DNA from: Octopus vulgaris
Taxonomy: Eukaryota
Direction of reading: 5' to 3'
DNA length: 64,000 bases
Assembly: GCA_951406725.2 (NCBI GenBank)
Contig: OX597836.1
Span: 40,486,001-40,550,000, forward strand
The notes under the pieces are model-generated. The model saw only the letters and a program-made list of their open reading frames with translations, was not told the DNA's origin and searched no databases. Positions 37,858 to 50,722 of this stretch are shown here, in pieces. A program made the translations under genes and the position numbers. Every line of letters starts with the position of its first letter. Positions within the stretch are counted from its first letter, which is position 1.

Positions 37858-39635
37858 ATACATATTTATATATCATATACGCACAGTATATATGCATAAT
37901 GTATGTAAATGTAGTGTGTACATACCCCCCCCTCCATTAATTTCATCCCCGCTCGCTCACCTTGGTTCCGTCGCCTCCGTTCCCTCTCACTTTCACTCTC
38001 TTTCCCATTCGCTCCCCCACCAAGTCACCGCCTCTCATTCACTCCTCCGCCGTCCTCACTCCAATTTTCTTTCTCATGTCTTCTCACTTTCCTTCTCTAA
38101 CAACTCCCACCACCACCACCAACAGCGACGGCTCCCGTCCTCCTCTCTGACTGTCCCCTTTCTTCTTCAAGCATTTCTCCCTGTTCTTCTGATTGTACTC
38201 CTTTCTTTTACTCTTTTACTCCTTTACTCCTTCCTCATCAGACAGCTTCTATTGCTTCTCTGACGCTTTTCCCCTCTTCCCTCTGTTCTCTTTCCTCCTA
38301 CATCTCCCCATCTCCCACTTCTTCGTAACCCTAACCCAAACCCTCCTTTACTTTCTACTCTCCTTCTTCTCCTACTTCTACCCTTCCTCCACTTTCAGCC
38401 CCCCTCCCCTTTCTTCTACAGCAATACAAATACGATATAAACCGAAGTCGATTATTAAAGACGATGAGATCCTAGAATTGAACCAGCGACCAAAGAAATT
38501 TCAGAAATCCTTCGATCAATGTGAAAAACATCGATGAAAATTTCCTGGAAATCAGCCAGAAATAACAAACAATCAAAGAATACTAAATAATAGATTCCTT
38601 TACCAAATAAATATCTATACATTTTCATATATATTTCGATATATTTTATGTTTTATGTGCGTATACATACATGCACGTATGTATGAGCATATACGTACAT
38701 AGACATACATATGCATATATACACTCATACAAACATGTGTGTGCCTGTGTGTGTTCGTGTGTGCGTATGTGTGTTCGTGTGTGTTTATGCGTGGTCGTGT
38801 GTGTGTGTTTATTTATGTATGTATTCCTTTTTTTTTATTTTTTCCCTCTTTCTGCAAACAGTTTTTCTTTACCAAAACAACGAAGATTTGTGGGTCATCG
38901 ATCTAAAATGACATCAGGCTCGTAATAATGGTCGTTGCTGTTGTTATTGTTGTTGTTGTTGTTGCAATTTGGGCTGCTTCTGCTGGCGATAGGTTGGTGG
39001 TGGTGGTGGTGGTGGTGGGTTCGGCGGTGCCATTGTTGTATTGAGTGGTCTGATTGTTGTGAGAGGTTTTTCTTAATGAGGACGGCCAAGTTTACAGAAT
39101 TAATGCAGTATTTAAACAAACACCGACATTAACAGCAACAAGAAAAATAACAAACAACAAACAACAACAACAACAACAACAACAACAATAACAACAGTAA
39201 CAATAAGTTCAACAACAACAAAAACAATAACAACAACAAAATGTCGGACTGCGATTTATGCAATGCTGTACTTTTAGAAAATAATGCGTATATTTTGGCA
39301 AAAGCGGGAGAACTTCTCTATGACCTCAGATTTACATTAACTGGTGCACACTACTTCAATACTGCAGCTATCGACACTGATTTAGTACCTATACTGCAAC
39401 GGTGTTGCAGTACTCACACCAACACTGTTGTAGTATTCACATCAACACTGTTTTAGTACTGATAACAACACTGTTATAGTATTCACAACACGTTCACTAC
39501 TGGTGGTACTTCGGTAGTGTGGACAGCAACACTCATTGTACTAGATGCAATATCACTTAAGCAAGAAAAATAACACTTCTGTTATTCAGTATGTGTGCAA
39601 GTATCTATGTGTGTGTATGTGTATCTACATGTATG

Positions 39636-39712
<77 letters not shown>

Positions 39713-39724
39713 CGTCTCCTGCCC

Positions 39725-40055
39725 AATTCAGGATCACAGTATATATAGGTACACTGTGACATAATTTCTTTTCCTCAACAAGCCCTGCCCTGTTTAACAT
39801 TGTCCCAAGAGAGATCAAAGAGGAAAAGGATCCCATCAACTTTAAACAGAATCTGGATAGATTCCTTCAAGGAATACCAGATAAGCCACCCATACCTGGA
39901 TACAACTCACTCAACAAATATTCACTACTTGAATGGACCATAAGCAAAACTTCACTTAAACAGGATTTAGATAATCCTATCAGGTGGTGTTATTAAGTTC
40001 GACATGGCCTGGACTAATCTTTGGTCGAAACATATCTAAGTTTATCTAAGTTTAT
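39725..40055 (+). mobile_element. CR1-group LINE 3' end, a different family from 16961
   Basis: SPALFNIVPREIKEEKDPINFKQNLDRFLQGIPDKPPIPGYNSLNKYSLLEW; ends in (TCTAAGTTTA)2. Confidence 0.7.
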
Positions 40056-40083
40056 ACATATACATATACATATAAATATATAC

Positions 40084-40135
<52 letters not shown>

Positions 40136-41176
40136 CATCGTCCGTTTTTCTGTCCTTGTTTCGTATACATTCGATCCTTTTTCCAAGAAATCTAATACTC
40201 GCAGCTTAGTTTTTCCTTGGGGCTAGCCGGATCTGAGCGATATCAGGATTAATTAGCCGAAATTTGCTATGACGATCCGGTTCCTGACTGAAGATTAGAG
40301 GCTTCGAATGACCCGTCCGTTCTTTGTGTTTTTTGTGTTCTTGTCCCATTTTGTATTTTTTATATATATATATTTTATATATATATATATATATAGTTGA
40401 GGTGTGTTCTGTTAAGAATGTTTTAGAGTACAAATAGAGCTCGTTCACCGTTAGAATTCCCAAATAGCCCGTAGTATTATTATGGTATGCTGCCAATTCT
40501 AGTCCTAGGTATATATATATCTATTTATCTATCTGCCTACCTTAATGTTTTTTTTTTTATGGTTAGTTACAATAAAAACAATTTTACATTAATCTGACGG
40601 GGTTACTCTATACTTTCTAGTCTACAAATTTATTATTCTTGTCTTTAGAAAGGTTAGACTAACAATAAAATACCGCAGTCCTGTTGTTGTTGTTGTTGTT
40701 GTTGTTAACTCTCACTATGAAACTTTGGTCATGTTGTATCCAAATATGTTAGTGACCCCTTGACCTTGCATAAATTTCTATTGAATAATAGAATTTGTAA
40801 CTAAGCACACAAAACACTCAAACTTATATACATGCATCCATACATACATACATACATACATACATATGCACACACACAGACACACGTGATGTGTTTGAGC
40901 AGCTGTAGTCTATTGAATTGAATATACTAATTATTTACTGCAGACGAACGGTAAAATAAAATGCAGTGCCGAAGGTGGCTGGCAGGATTGAACTCGGTCA
41001 TTAGTCAAGGAAATTAATTAATGTTCACAGCGTTACCATCTGTACCACCCACACAAACCTGATAATAGTCTTTCTTCTATGGGCACCAGGAGTGAAATTC
41101 TGGGGAAATTTGCCAGCTGGTTTGCACACTATGGCGACTCCTTTGTTATGTTTTCATTATTCGGTGTAACGAAAAT

Positions 41177-41678
41177 GGCGAGCTGGCAGAATCGTTAGCA
41201 CGCCGGGCGAAATGCTTAGCAGTTTTTCGTCTGCCGTTACGTTCTGAGTTCAAATTCCGCCGAGGTCGACTTTGCCTGTCATCCTTTCGGGGTCGATAAA
41301 TTAAGTACAAGTTACGCACTGGGGTCGATATAACCGACTTAATCCGTTTGTCTGTCCTTGTTTGTCCTCTCTGTGTTTAGCCCCTTGTTGGTAGTAAAGA
41401 AATAGGTATTTCGTCTGTCGTTACGTTGTAAGTTCAAATTCCGCCGAGGTCGACTTTGCCTTTCATCATTTCGGGGTCGATAAAATAGGTACCAGTTGAA
41501 CACTGGGGTCGATATAATCGACTTAATCCGTGTGTCTGTCCTTGTTTGTCCTCTCTGTGTTTAGCCCCTTGTGGGTAGTAAAGAAATAGGTATTTCGTCT
41601 ACCGTTACGTTGTGAGTTCAAATTCCGCCGAGGTCGACTTTGTCTTTCATCCTTTCGGGGTCGATTAAATAAGTACCA
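41177..41678 (+). mobile_element. SINE family B tandem: one head plus 3 units (last truncated)
   Basis: AAAGAAATAGGTATTTCG junctions near 41400 and 41585. Confidence 0.9.
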
Positions 41679-41689
41679 AGGGACCATGG

Positions 41690-41877
41690 CTTCCGTGCGA
41701 GAACCCCTGAAACTGTCTCCTCACAGTTCTGTGGGCCCGAATGTACATGACGTTAGACTTAAGTTGTGTTTTGTTCACTGATGAAACCAGAGCGACCCTT
41801 GACGACCTAACAGTTGGGCAGATGGTTGAGTCTATTTTGGAGATGAGCGCCACCAACGTTTACGATATCAACAACAA
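41690..41877 (+). pseudogene. Tc1-superfamily (TRT/DD37E-like) transposase fragment
   Basis: WARMYMTLDLSCVLFTDETRATLD/..SWADG*VYFGDERHQRLRYQQ resembles the FTDExRATLDGPDGW...RRQQ motif. Confidence 0.7.
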
Positions 41878-42152
41878 CACCTAAAGTTCCACAAGGCTCC
41901 GGCAGGGGGTGGTGGCGACCCCTGTTGTACTCTTTCGCTCCAACTTTCTCTCATTCTTTCTTCCTGTTTCTTGTCCCCGACTTCCTACGCAACCGCTGAG
42001 CCTGGATGCGCATTCATCCATCCGTCGATGCTCTCGGTGTCGGGGGTTGACCTGCTTTCTCTTCTGCGGGTCTTACGAATAGCAAAGGACCACGTTTCGG
42101 ACTTCTCCCACTACTGGGACGAAGACCGCTTCGCTCTACAAACAAACAAACA
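41876..42152 (+). mobile_element. SINE family A body with a third tail type ending (AAAC)n
   Basis: AACACCTAAAGTTCCACAAGGCTCCGGCAGGGGG then a tail unlike other A copies. Confidence 0.65.
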
Positions 42153-42159
42153 TCAATAA

Positions 42160-42370
42160 CAGGGTGAAAGAAACATATGCATACAAATATATACATACAT
42201 ATATATATATGTGTGCGTGTGTGTGTATGTGTGTGTACGATGGGCTTCTTTCAGAATCCGTCAACCAGATCCACTGGCAAGGTTTTGGTCCGCCCAAGGC
42301 TATTGTAAAAGACACCTGCCTAATGTGTCACGAAGTGGGGCTGAACCCAAAACTATGAGGTTGGGAGGCA
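42160..42370 (-). mobile_element. SINE family C, old partial copy
   Basis: Diverged match to the family. Confidence 0.6.
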
Positions 42371-42510
42371 AATCCCTTACATGCCTGCTGTATTATGAAT
42401 ATATATTATGAATATATATACGTGTGTGTATGTGTTTGTGTGTCTATGTACGTGTGCGTGTGTGTGTTTGTGTGTGTGTATACGTGTGTGTGTGTGCATG
42501 TGTGTGTGTT

Positions 42511-42760
42511 CCTTCTCGAGCCTAGCCAGGCTCATAAGGGCCCGGTTTCCCGGTTTCAGTGGCGTAGAAATTCCGCCCCCTCCTTGGACGGGACGCCAGT
42601 CCGTCGCATCGTTACTCATTTTTGCCAGCTGAGTGGACTGAGGCAACGTGAAATGAAGTGTTTTGCTCAAGAACACAACGCATCGCCCGGTCCAGGAATC
42701 GAAACCACAACCTTACGATCATGAGTTCAACACCCTAACCACTAAGCCACGCGCCTCCAC
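42511..42760 (-). mobile_element. SINE family D
   Basis: Head, core and tail as at 2255-2502. Confidence 0.85.
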
Positions 42761-42907
42761 TGTCTTCATCTCTGTCTTTACATTGACAACTCTTTAAAAG
42801 CAATGCTTTGTGTTTACGCTCCATAACTTAGCGGCGCGTCAAACACATATCGATAAGATAAGTAGCACACTTAAAAACCAATTCCAGGATCGATATGAAC
42901 AACTAAT

Positions 42908-43140
42908 ACCCATTTCCTTACTGCCCACAAGGGGCTAAACACAGAGAGGACAAACAAGGACAGACATAGGTATTAAGTCGATTACATCGACCCCAGTGCG
43001 TAACTGGTACTTAATTTATCGACCCCGAAAGGATGAAAGGCAAAGTCGACTTCGGCGAATTTTGAACTCAGAACGTAGCGCAGACGAAATACCGCTAGGC
43101 ATTTCGCCCGGGGTGCTAACGTTTCTGCCAGCTCGCCGCC
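42908..43140 (-). mobile_element. SINE family B, full-length
   Basis: Matches the family along its length. Confidence 0.9.
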
Positions 43141-43679
43141 TTATGAACAACTAATACCCGTCAAGGGTACAACCTTTACGGAAGCAGTCTAAGGAATGGA
43201 ACAAGTAAAAAAAAATAAATAGAGATTTATAAATAAATACACAACAAATCGATATTTTTAGTAAATTGATAATTTTATATAATCGATATTTTCATAAAAC
43301 CGATAGATTTAAGCAATAGATAGTTCTATATCATTGTTACTTTTACGTAATCGATATTTTTATGTAATCAGTGCTTTATGTAATCGATATCATTATACTG
43401 GAGTTCAAATCCTGAAGAAGTCGAATTTGTTTTCCATCCCATCGGATCAATCAGAACCAGTACAAATCGAACACTCAGGACAATTTTATCGATTGTTCTT
43501 TCTTCCCAAAATATGTGGATTTGTGTCTATGTTTAAAAAAATCGATATTTTGTAAAATAATCATTATTTTAAATATCGATCATTTTAATTGATTTCTAAA
43601 ATACCTTTTCACATCTCTTGCTATAATATGTTTTGTTTCTTCGTTTCATAATTTTTTTGTTTTTTTTTATTTGTAACAT

Positions 43680-43753
<74 letters not shown>

Positions 43754-44313
43754 ACTGGCAGTCAGATAAAGACATAATCACTGCCTTTGGATCACATAAT
43801 GTTACTATTATTATCGAACAGACTGACAAAGACGCTCTTAAGATAAAAACATTATCAGTGACCTTCAATCCAATTAAGATATTATTACGGATTGAAAGCC
43901 TAAAGCAATGAAGTGTACAAACATAAACTTGTTAAGAATTCTAATACGCTTCAAATATATTCGAACACGTTAGAAAGCGTTCACCGCGTTTCGTCAGGGA
44001 TCGATCTGGACAGGGATGCTTTGAACTGACTTGGCGTGTATACACCTATTTGTCTCCATCATAAAATACGGTGAGAGGCTTTCTTACGCGTTCAAGCATG
44101 TTTGAACTGGTTACAAGTTTATATTTGTGCACATCACTGCTTACCCTGTACCTGTGGGTGGCGACATTCACTCTGAGCGGGCTGAGTCGGCTTCTTCTAC
44201 ACATGGAAGAAGTTTCGTGGGAATATGTGGATTTCACAAGCGGTCCCCCAACAATCCCGCATGTGGAGACATCCTGTTTGCCGCAGATTGTCCGCAGACG
44301 CAGGGACAGAATA

Positions 44314-44473
44314 CCACTCGGTGTCAGACCAATCCGCCTTGGGTGGCCCTACCAGGAACCGATGTTCCCGATGGCATAGCTCTGACACTACCCGTAGCCA
44401 GCGTCCCCACTACGGTGAGGAGGGGATGAACTTTGGGGACGCACGTCACTGCTTGTCACCTCTAATCCGCATT
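44314..44473 (+). repeat. ~160 bp GC-rich repeat, second copy at 45826-45978; resembles RTE LINE 5' regions
   Basis: CCGCCTTGGGTGGCCCTACCAGGAACCG...GGCATAGCTCTG; 9-bp stem GCGTCCCCA/TGGGGACGC; RTE affinity is from recollection. Confidence 0.6.
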
Positions 44474-44583
44474 TTGCTACGGCTGAAACGCCGATTAACG
44501 CAATCAGCCACAGTACATTGTTTGGAGTATAATAAGAAAGTTTTGGTCCTTTTGCTAGCTCAGAGTACCTTCCTTTCAACTGT

Positions 44584-44629
44584 TTGATGCTGAAGAGAAG
44601 GTAATTGCTCCGAAATGCATGCACATCAA
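44584..44629 (+). ncRNA. Degenerate type I hammerhead motif
   Basis: ttgatg-CTGAAGA-GAAG gtaattg CTCC-GAAA-TGCATG-CA-catcaa; 6-bp stem I, U16.1 replaced by C. Confidence 0.55.
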
Positions 44630-44705
44630 TCTCGGTAGAGGGCACTCGGATCTGACTTGATGTATTTATACCTTTTTCGCATCTGACGCAAGTAACACTT
44701 TATGT

Positions 44706-44850
44706 GCAGGCGTGGCTATGTGGTTACGAGCTTGCTTCCTAACATGGATTCGAGATCAGTTCCACAGTGTGGAACTTTGGGCAAGTGTCCTCTACTTTAG
44801 CCTCGGACCGACCCAAGGCCTTCTGAGTGGATTTGGTGCATGGAAACTAA
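44706..44850 (+). mobile_element. SINE family C 5' part, diverged
   Basis: GCAGGCGTGGCTATGTGG...TTGGGCAAGTGTCC. Confidence 0.65.
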
Positions 44851-45378
44851 GTCCGCCGTGTATATTTTGTCCGCCCTTTCGTCTCTTCTACCTTTGTTCT
44901 TATTTGGTCATTTTGTATATGTCCGCAGAATTTTCAGCAGAATTTTCCCCCACTTTCGTCTCTTCTCCCTTTGTCCTTATTTGGTCATTTTGTATAATAT
45001 GTCCGCAGAATTTTCAGCATAATTTTCCCCCACTTTCGTCTCTTCTCCCTTTGTTCTTATTTGGTCATTTTGTATAATATGTCCGCAGAATTTTCAGCAG
45101 AATTTTTCCACCCTTTCGTCTCTTCTCCCTTTGTTCTTATTTGGTCATTTTGTATAATATGTCCGCAGAATTTTCAGCAGAATTTTTTCACCCTTTCGTC
45201 TCTTCTCCCTTTGTTCTTATTTGGTCATTTTGTATATGTCCGCATAATTTTCAGCATAATTTTTTCACCCTTTCGTCTCTTCTCCCTTTGTTCTTATTTG
45301 GTCATTTTGTATAATATGTCCGCATAATTTTCAGCATAATTCGTCCGCCCTTTCGTCTGTTCTCACTTTGTCCTTATT
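44851..45378. repeat. 80-bp minisatellite, ~6.5 units
   Basis: GTCCGCA recurs at 44921, 45001, 45081, 45161, about 45238 and about 45318. Confidence 0.95.
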
Positions 45379-45392
45379 GGTTCCTTTTGCAG

Positions 45393-45597
45393 TGTCCCCA
45401 AAAGACTCAGCCAGGACACAGTCCAAAACCAAAACCAAACAACAAACACTCACTCGCCTTGTCAAGAATGGATGGTACTCCTGTTAAAAGCGGTTGCAGC
45501 CCCACATCATCATCTGGCATACAAACGGAAGGTGCCAGCGCCGGAAGTGACTTAGTCAACAGGCTAATGAATGGACTACAAGAAATGGGAATTGAAG
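45393..45597 (+). other. Candidate exon (unverified)
   Basis: TTCCTTTTGCAG acceptor, stop-free frame containing MDGTPVKSGCSPTSSSG..., AAG|GTAAAA donor; no recognised homology. Confidence 0.25.
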
Positions 45598-46014
45598 GTA
45601 AAACAGAAAGAAATTTGTTTTTCTTTTTGCCAGATTTGTTGTTGTTGTTGTTGCTGTTGCTGTTGTTCTTCCTCTTTTTCATTATTTTTATTTGTGGAAT
45701 ATTTTGAAAAATCTGCATCTGCTCATTTCTCTCTGCAAGAATTGTTCCTTGTTTACATCGTAAGAAATTATCTGGTAAGAACAGATTTTCACCAGAGCCC
45801 CGTCCGCCAGGTTGTGGCCCTAATGCCACTCGGTGCCAAACCAATCCGCCTTGGGTGGCCCTACCAGGAACCGAAGTTCCCGAGCTCTGACACTACCCGT
45901 TACCAGCGTCCCCACCACGGTGAGGAGGGGATGGACTTTGGGGACGCACGCCACTGCTTGGCACCTCTAATCCGCATTCTAAATTCGATGAAGACCTTCG
46001 AATGATTGCTTTGG

Positions 46015-46424
46015 TACTCTTTTACTTGTTTCGGTCATTTGACTGTGGCCATGCTGGAGCACCACCTTTTAGTCGAGCGAATCGACCCCAGGACTTATTC
46101 TTTGTGTAAGCATAGTACTTATTCTAATCGGTCCCTTTTGCCGAGCGGCTAAGTTACGAGGACGTAAACACATCAGCATCGGTTGTCAAGCGATGTTGGG
46201 GGGACAAACACAGACACACAAACACATACACACACACACACATATATATATACATATATACGACGGGCTTCTTTCAGTTTCCATCTACCAAATCCAATCA
46301 CAAGGCTTTGGTCGGCCCGAGGGTATAGTAGAAGACACTTGCCCAAGGTGCCACGCAGTGGGACTGAACCCGGAACCATGTGGTTGGTAAGCAAGCTACT
46401 TACCACACAGCCACTCCTACGCCT
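46015..46424 (-). mobile_element. SINE family C, full-length
   Basis: Matches the family along its length. Confidence 0.9.
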
Positions 46425-46702
46425 ATAGAGAACGTCTGTCGTGCTTACACGCGATATAGACTCAAGTCTCACAGGCGACCTTTGACCTTTCCATCCAGTG
46501 GAATTTTTTAGCCCAATATTTACATAATGATATAGATTTATTTGCTCCACGTTCCTCTATTAAAAACGATTTCTTCCATGTGTCTCTTCCGACGTGAACA
46601 ATCGGTGCCCCAGCATAGCCGCAGTCTAATGACAGAAAGAAGTAAAATATAAAAGATACAAGTTTGGTGAGGCAAACGAGAAAAATAGAACTCAAAACAT
46701 GA

Positions 46703-46798
<96 letters not shown>

Positions 46799-46856
46799 TT
46801 GTGTCAGAAGGCATATTTCTAAAAATATAAAAGTGTATAGAATCTTTCTTTCTATA

Positions 46857-47062
46857 CACAAAAAGGAGACATTTGACAGGACTCCTCACATGCTAAAAAG
46901 GCCAGTTGAAACCTAAACTACGAAAAGAAGAATCAACTAATTCACTTTTTTTTTTTTTTTTCGTTTTGGTGTTATAATCGGCGTGCCTCATAAATTCTTT
47001 TCGTGGCGTAGGTTTAAACTGGCCTTTTTAGCATGCAAGGAGTCCTGTCAAAGGTCTTTGTG
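46857..47062. mobile_element. MITE with ~55 bp imperfect TIRs and TA flanks (Tc1/mariner-type)
   Basis: TTTGACAGGACTCCTCACATGCTAAAAAGGCCAGTTGAAACCTA versus TAGGTTTAAACTGGCCTTTTTAGCATGCAAGGAGTCCTGTCAAA. Confidence 0.75.
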
Positions 47063-47068
47063 TATACA

Positions 47069-47144
<76 letters not shown>

Positions 47145-47259
47145 ATTTAGATTCTGATGAATATGGTACTTAAAGGCACCAGAATTTGGTATGGTATTAT
47201 CCATATAAATCAAACGGGGAGATTATAATCAAAATAAGAAACAAGGATATCCAAGGTAG

Positions 47260-47347
47260 TGTAGTACAATCGTTTCATGCTACTTCATTTTATTAAATAC
47301 TGTAAGTATTACATCAGTTTTAAAATGTAGAGCAATCTTCAGCCACA
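47260..47347 (-). ncRNA. Type I hammerhead motif with a long stem II
   Basis: tgtgg-CTGAAGA-[TTGCT...AGCAT, ~60 nt imperfect hairpin]-GAAA-CGATTG-TA-ctaca; core intact, GUA site. Confidence 0.6.
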
Positions 47348-47370
47348 TATAGAATCTTTTAATTAAATGG

Positions 47371-47439
<69 letters not shown>

Positions 47440-47571
47440 GACCTCGAACACACAAGTGCAAACAAGGGAGACAGAGAAAGGCAGAATGCCACTTATATTT
47501 GAACACTATACAAATATTCCTTTAAAAAAACTTTTCTTTTAATTTTTCTAAATTTAATTATTTAATCGTTA

Positions 47572-47609
47572 CAGTTGAAAAGGTCTCAAAATGACCGAAA
47601 CCGGTACTG
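47572..47609 (+). ncRNA. Minimal type I hammerhead-like motif (C3U/G8A variant)
   Basis: cag-TTGAAAA-GGTC tcaaaat GACC-GAAA-CCGG-TA-ctg; palindromic stem III ACCGGT. Confidence 0.55.
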
Positions 47610-47809
47610 AAATGTTCTTTATAAAATTATTTTAGCATTTTCTATCTTGACTTGTTTTTTCATATATATATATGTTTGACGGCATGAGCTGTCTTTTTTA
47701 TATATAACTTTTTTTGATAAGGTTCATTTCAGGAACTGAAACATGTTATAATGTATATATAAAAATTAAAAATTGTATAATACAGCAGCATTTTCGAACT
47801 TCATTTTTT

Positions 47810-47864
<55 letters not shown>

Positions 47865-48264
47865 TAACTTCAGATTCAGATTCTGTCATACATGATAGTG
47901 TATAATTTTGTAGTTGTTATTATTTTGTTTGTTTGTCTTTTTATCTTTGTTATCCTGTGATGTAAAATGCGATAAATGGAAATCGATAGTAAAAGTGTCA
48001 ATACATGGGTCGATATCCAAATGGCGGGAAAATGTCAGCAGAAGGGCACCCAGGGATCACGACCTGGATGCGGCCTGGTCCTCATAGGGAGTAAAAAGTT
48101 AAGTTCCGAAACACTTGCTTTTAAGTGTGGTTTTTTTCATCTCTAGGCCACTCTGCTGTTCAGCTCTTCTGAGAGTTTCTTATCACTGCAAGGTAGTGCT
48201 CCAGCATGGACACACAGTCCAAGTAGTAAAACAAAGGAGAGTTAAAGAATATAATCCAGAGCAG

Positions 48265-48695
48265 GCATCGCTCCAGGTTCAATCCCACAGCGTAGCACCT
48301 TGGTCAAGTGTGTTCTACATTAGCCTTGACCGACCAAAGCCTTGTGAGTGGATTTGATAAACAGAAACTGAAAGAAGCCATTCGTGTATATTTGTGTGTG
48401 TCTGTGTGTGTGTGTGCGTGTGTGTATGTGTGTGTGTGTTGGGGTGTGGGTGTATGTGTGTGCATGTCTCTGTGCATACGTTTGTCCCCCACCACTTCAT
48501 GACAATCGGTGTTGGTGTGTTTAAGTCCCCGTAACTTAGACGTTCGGCAAAAGAGACCGGTAGAATAAGTATCAGGCTTTTACAACAACAAAAATGATGC
48601 GCTGAGGCCGAAGCATTCGACTAAAATTTCTTCAAGGCAGTGCCCCAGCATGGCCGCAGTATAATGGCTGGAACATGTAAAAGATGAAAGATGAA
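48265..48695 (+). mobile_element. SINE family C, diverged
   Basis: Core, internal (TG)n and tail present. Confidence 0.8.
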
Positions 48696-49512
48696 AGAAA
48701 TTTATCAAACATGACGGAAAAACAGAATCTGAAGTCAGATTGATTACGATGGAGATTCGAACCTGCATCGACCTGAGAACCAGTTGTTCATTAATGTATC
48801 CACTTACTGCTGTTTAGTACAAATAATGTCGGTGAGGGAGAGGTGGGGGCTGGTGAATAATGCGTAGTGTCCAACTACAATTCAAATGTAAATATGTACA
48901 CAGCTAAATACTGGAAGTTTTGTGATTTTTCATTGGGTAGAGGAGGCCATCTTGGATAAAGAAACGAATGGGACAGAAAAAGTGGTGGGGGGCTGGAAGA
49001 GAGAGCGAGAGACGGAGAGAAAGAGGAGAGGAGGGAGGAATGGAGAGAGGGAGAGAGAGAGGAGAAGTGTTGGGGTGGAGGGAAGGAAGGGAGGACGGGA
49101 ACTATAAAAAAAAAATACAGGTGGTTCGCAGGTGCGGTGGGTCGAGTGTTGGACGCATTAGCAGATTCAACATTTGCAATAACAACAGCAACAACTACAA
49201 TAACGAGAACAAATACTACTGATGCTGCTGCTGATGATGATGATGATTGATTATAATGATGCTGATGAAGGCTGATGCTACTTGCAAGAACAACAATAGC
49301 TACAAGAAGAACAAATGAAGTCAATGGAATTAGGGAAGAGAAAAGGTTAAAAATTGATAGCAAACAACCGTCAATGGATTCAGTGGAGTGTAAATAAAAT
49401 TGTTAATTATCGGCTGTGTTATAGATTTCGGTTGGCAATTGGAATGTACATACAAGCAACCCAACCAACCTCCAGTGCCCCCACATATATGTATAAATAT
49501 ATATATACAGAC

Positions 49513-49563
<51 letters not shown>

Positions 49564-49619
49564 TATAGAGAGAGAGAGACATATAGATGAATAAATATAT
49601 ATACATATATAGTGACATG

Positions 49620-49701
<82 letters not shown>

Positions 49702-50082
49702 TGCATGCATGCATACACAATATGCAAGAACATCTGTGTGGCTATTTGGCACTCTTTCCCTGTCAGAAACACACATTTACATACATACATACATACATGC
49801 ATACATATGCATATATATGTATGTATATGTATATATATATATGCATATATATATATTGATAGATATATATAAAGATATATATATATATGCATACATATGC
49901 ATATATATATACATACATATATATGTATATATATACATACATATTTAAATATATGCATATACGTATTCACACACGTTTATTTATATATATATACACACAC
50001 ACTCGTACGTACACTCACATACACACACGTACACATATATATGCACACACATTGTTTATGTGTGTGTGTGTATTTTATAGTG

Positions 50083-50155
<73 letters not shown>

Positions 50156-50364
50156 ATGTTTATATTTATATATGTATGTTTATATATATTTCTGTATGTG
50201 TGTGTGTGCATGCATGCTTGTATGTATGTATATATGTATGTATCTTTCAATGTGTGTATGCACGTATACATGTATGTAGGTATGACACACATGTATAAAA
50301 CATGAGATGTGTTTTAAAATATTGCGTAATACACTTCAGAATAAATTGACTCTGTGGATCAACG

Positions 50365-50690
50365 GGAGGTGATGGGGTGGTGGTCCGGCTGATAGGGGTG
50401 GTACTGATAGTGGTAATGGTGGTGCTGGAGGTGGTGATGGTGAGGTGAGTGGGTGGAGATGACGGGGAATAGTGGCGTCGGATTGCGGAAGGAGTGAAGG
50501 AATGGTGGTGGTGATTGTGGTGGTGGTGGTGGTGGTGGTGTTAATGGGTTGTTGTAATGGTGGCGATGATGAAGATGATTAGGAAGATGACGATAATGAT
50601 GAGATGATGATGATGACGATGATTATGATCATGATGGCGACGACGGTAAGGATGATGATGATGACCGTGATCATGATGACGACGACGATA

Positions 50691-50722
<32 letters not shown>

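Noticed and set aside
40227-40282. Hammerhead-like motif between CCGGAT and ATCCGG
   Set aside because: Core spacing is wrong and there is no stem III or NUH site, although the TA-flanked context resembles the other elements.
44046-44645. Overlapping non-repetitive ORFs as a host gene
   Set aside because: Short ORFs on both strands reflect local GC richness; I recognised no domain.
44851-45378. CRISPR array or repeat-protein ORF
   Set aside because: Plain 80-bp minisatellite; the period is not a multiple of 3 and there are no spacers.
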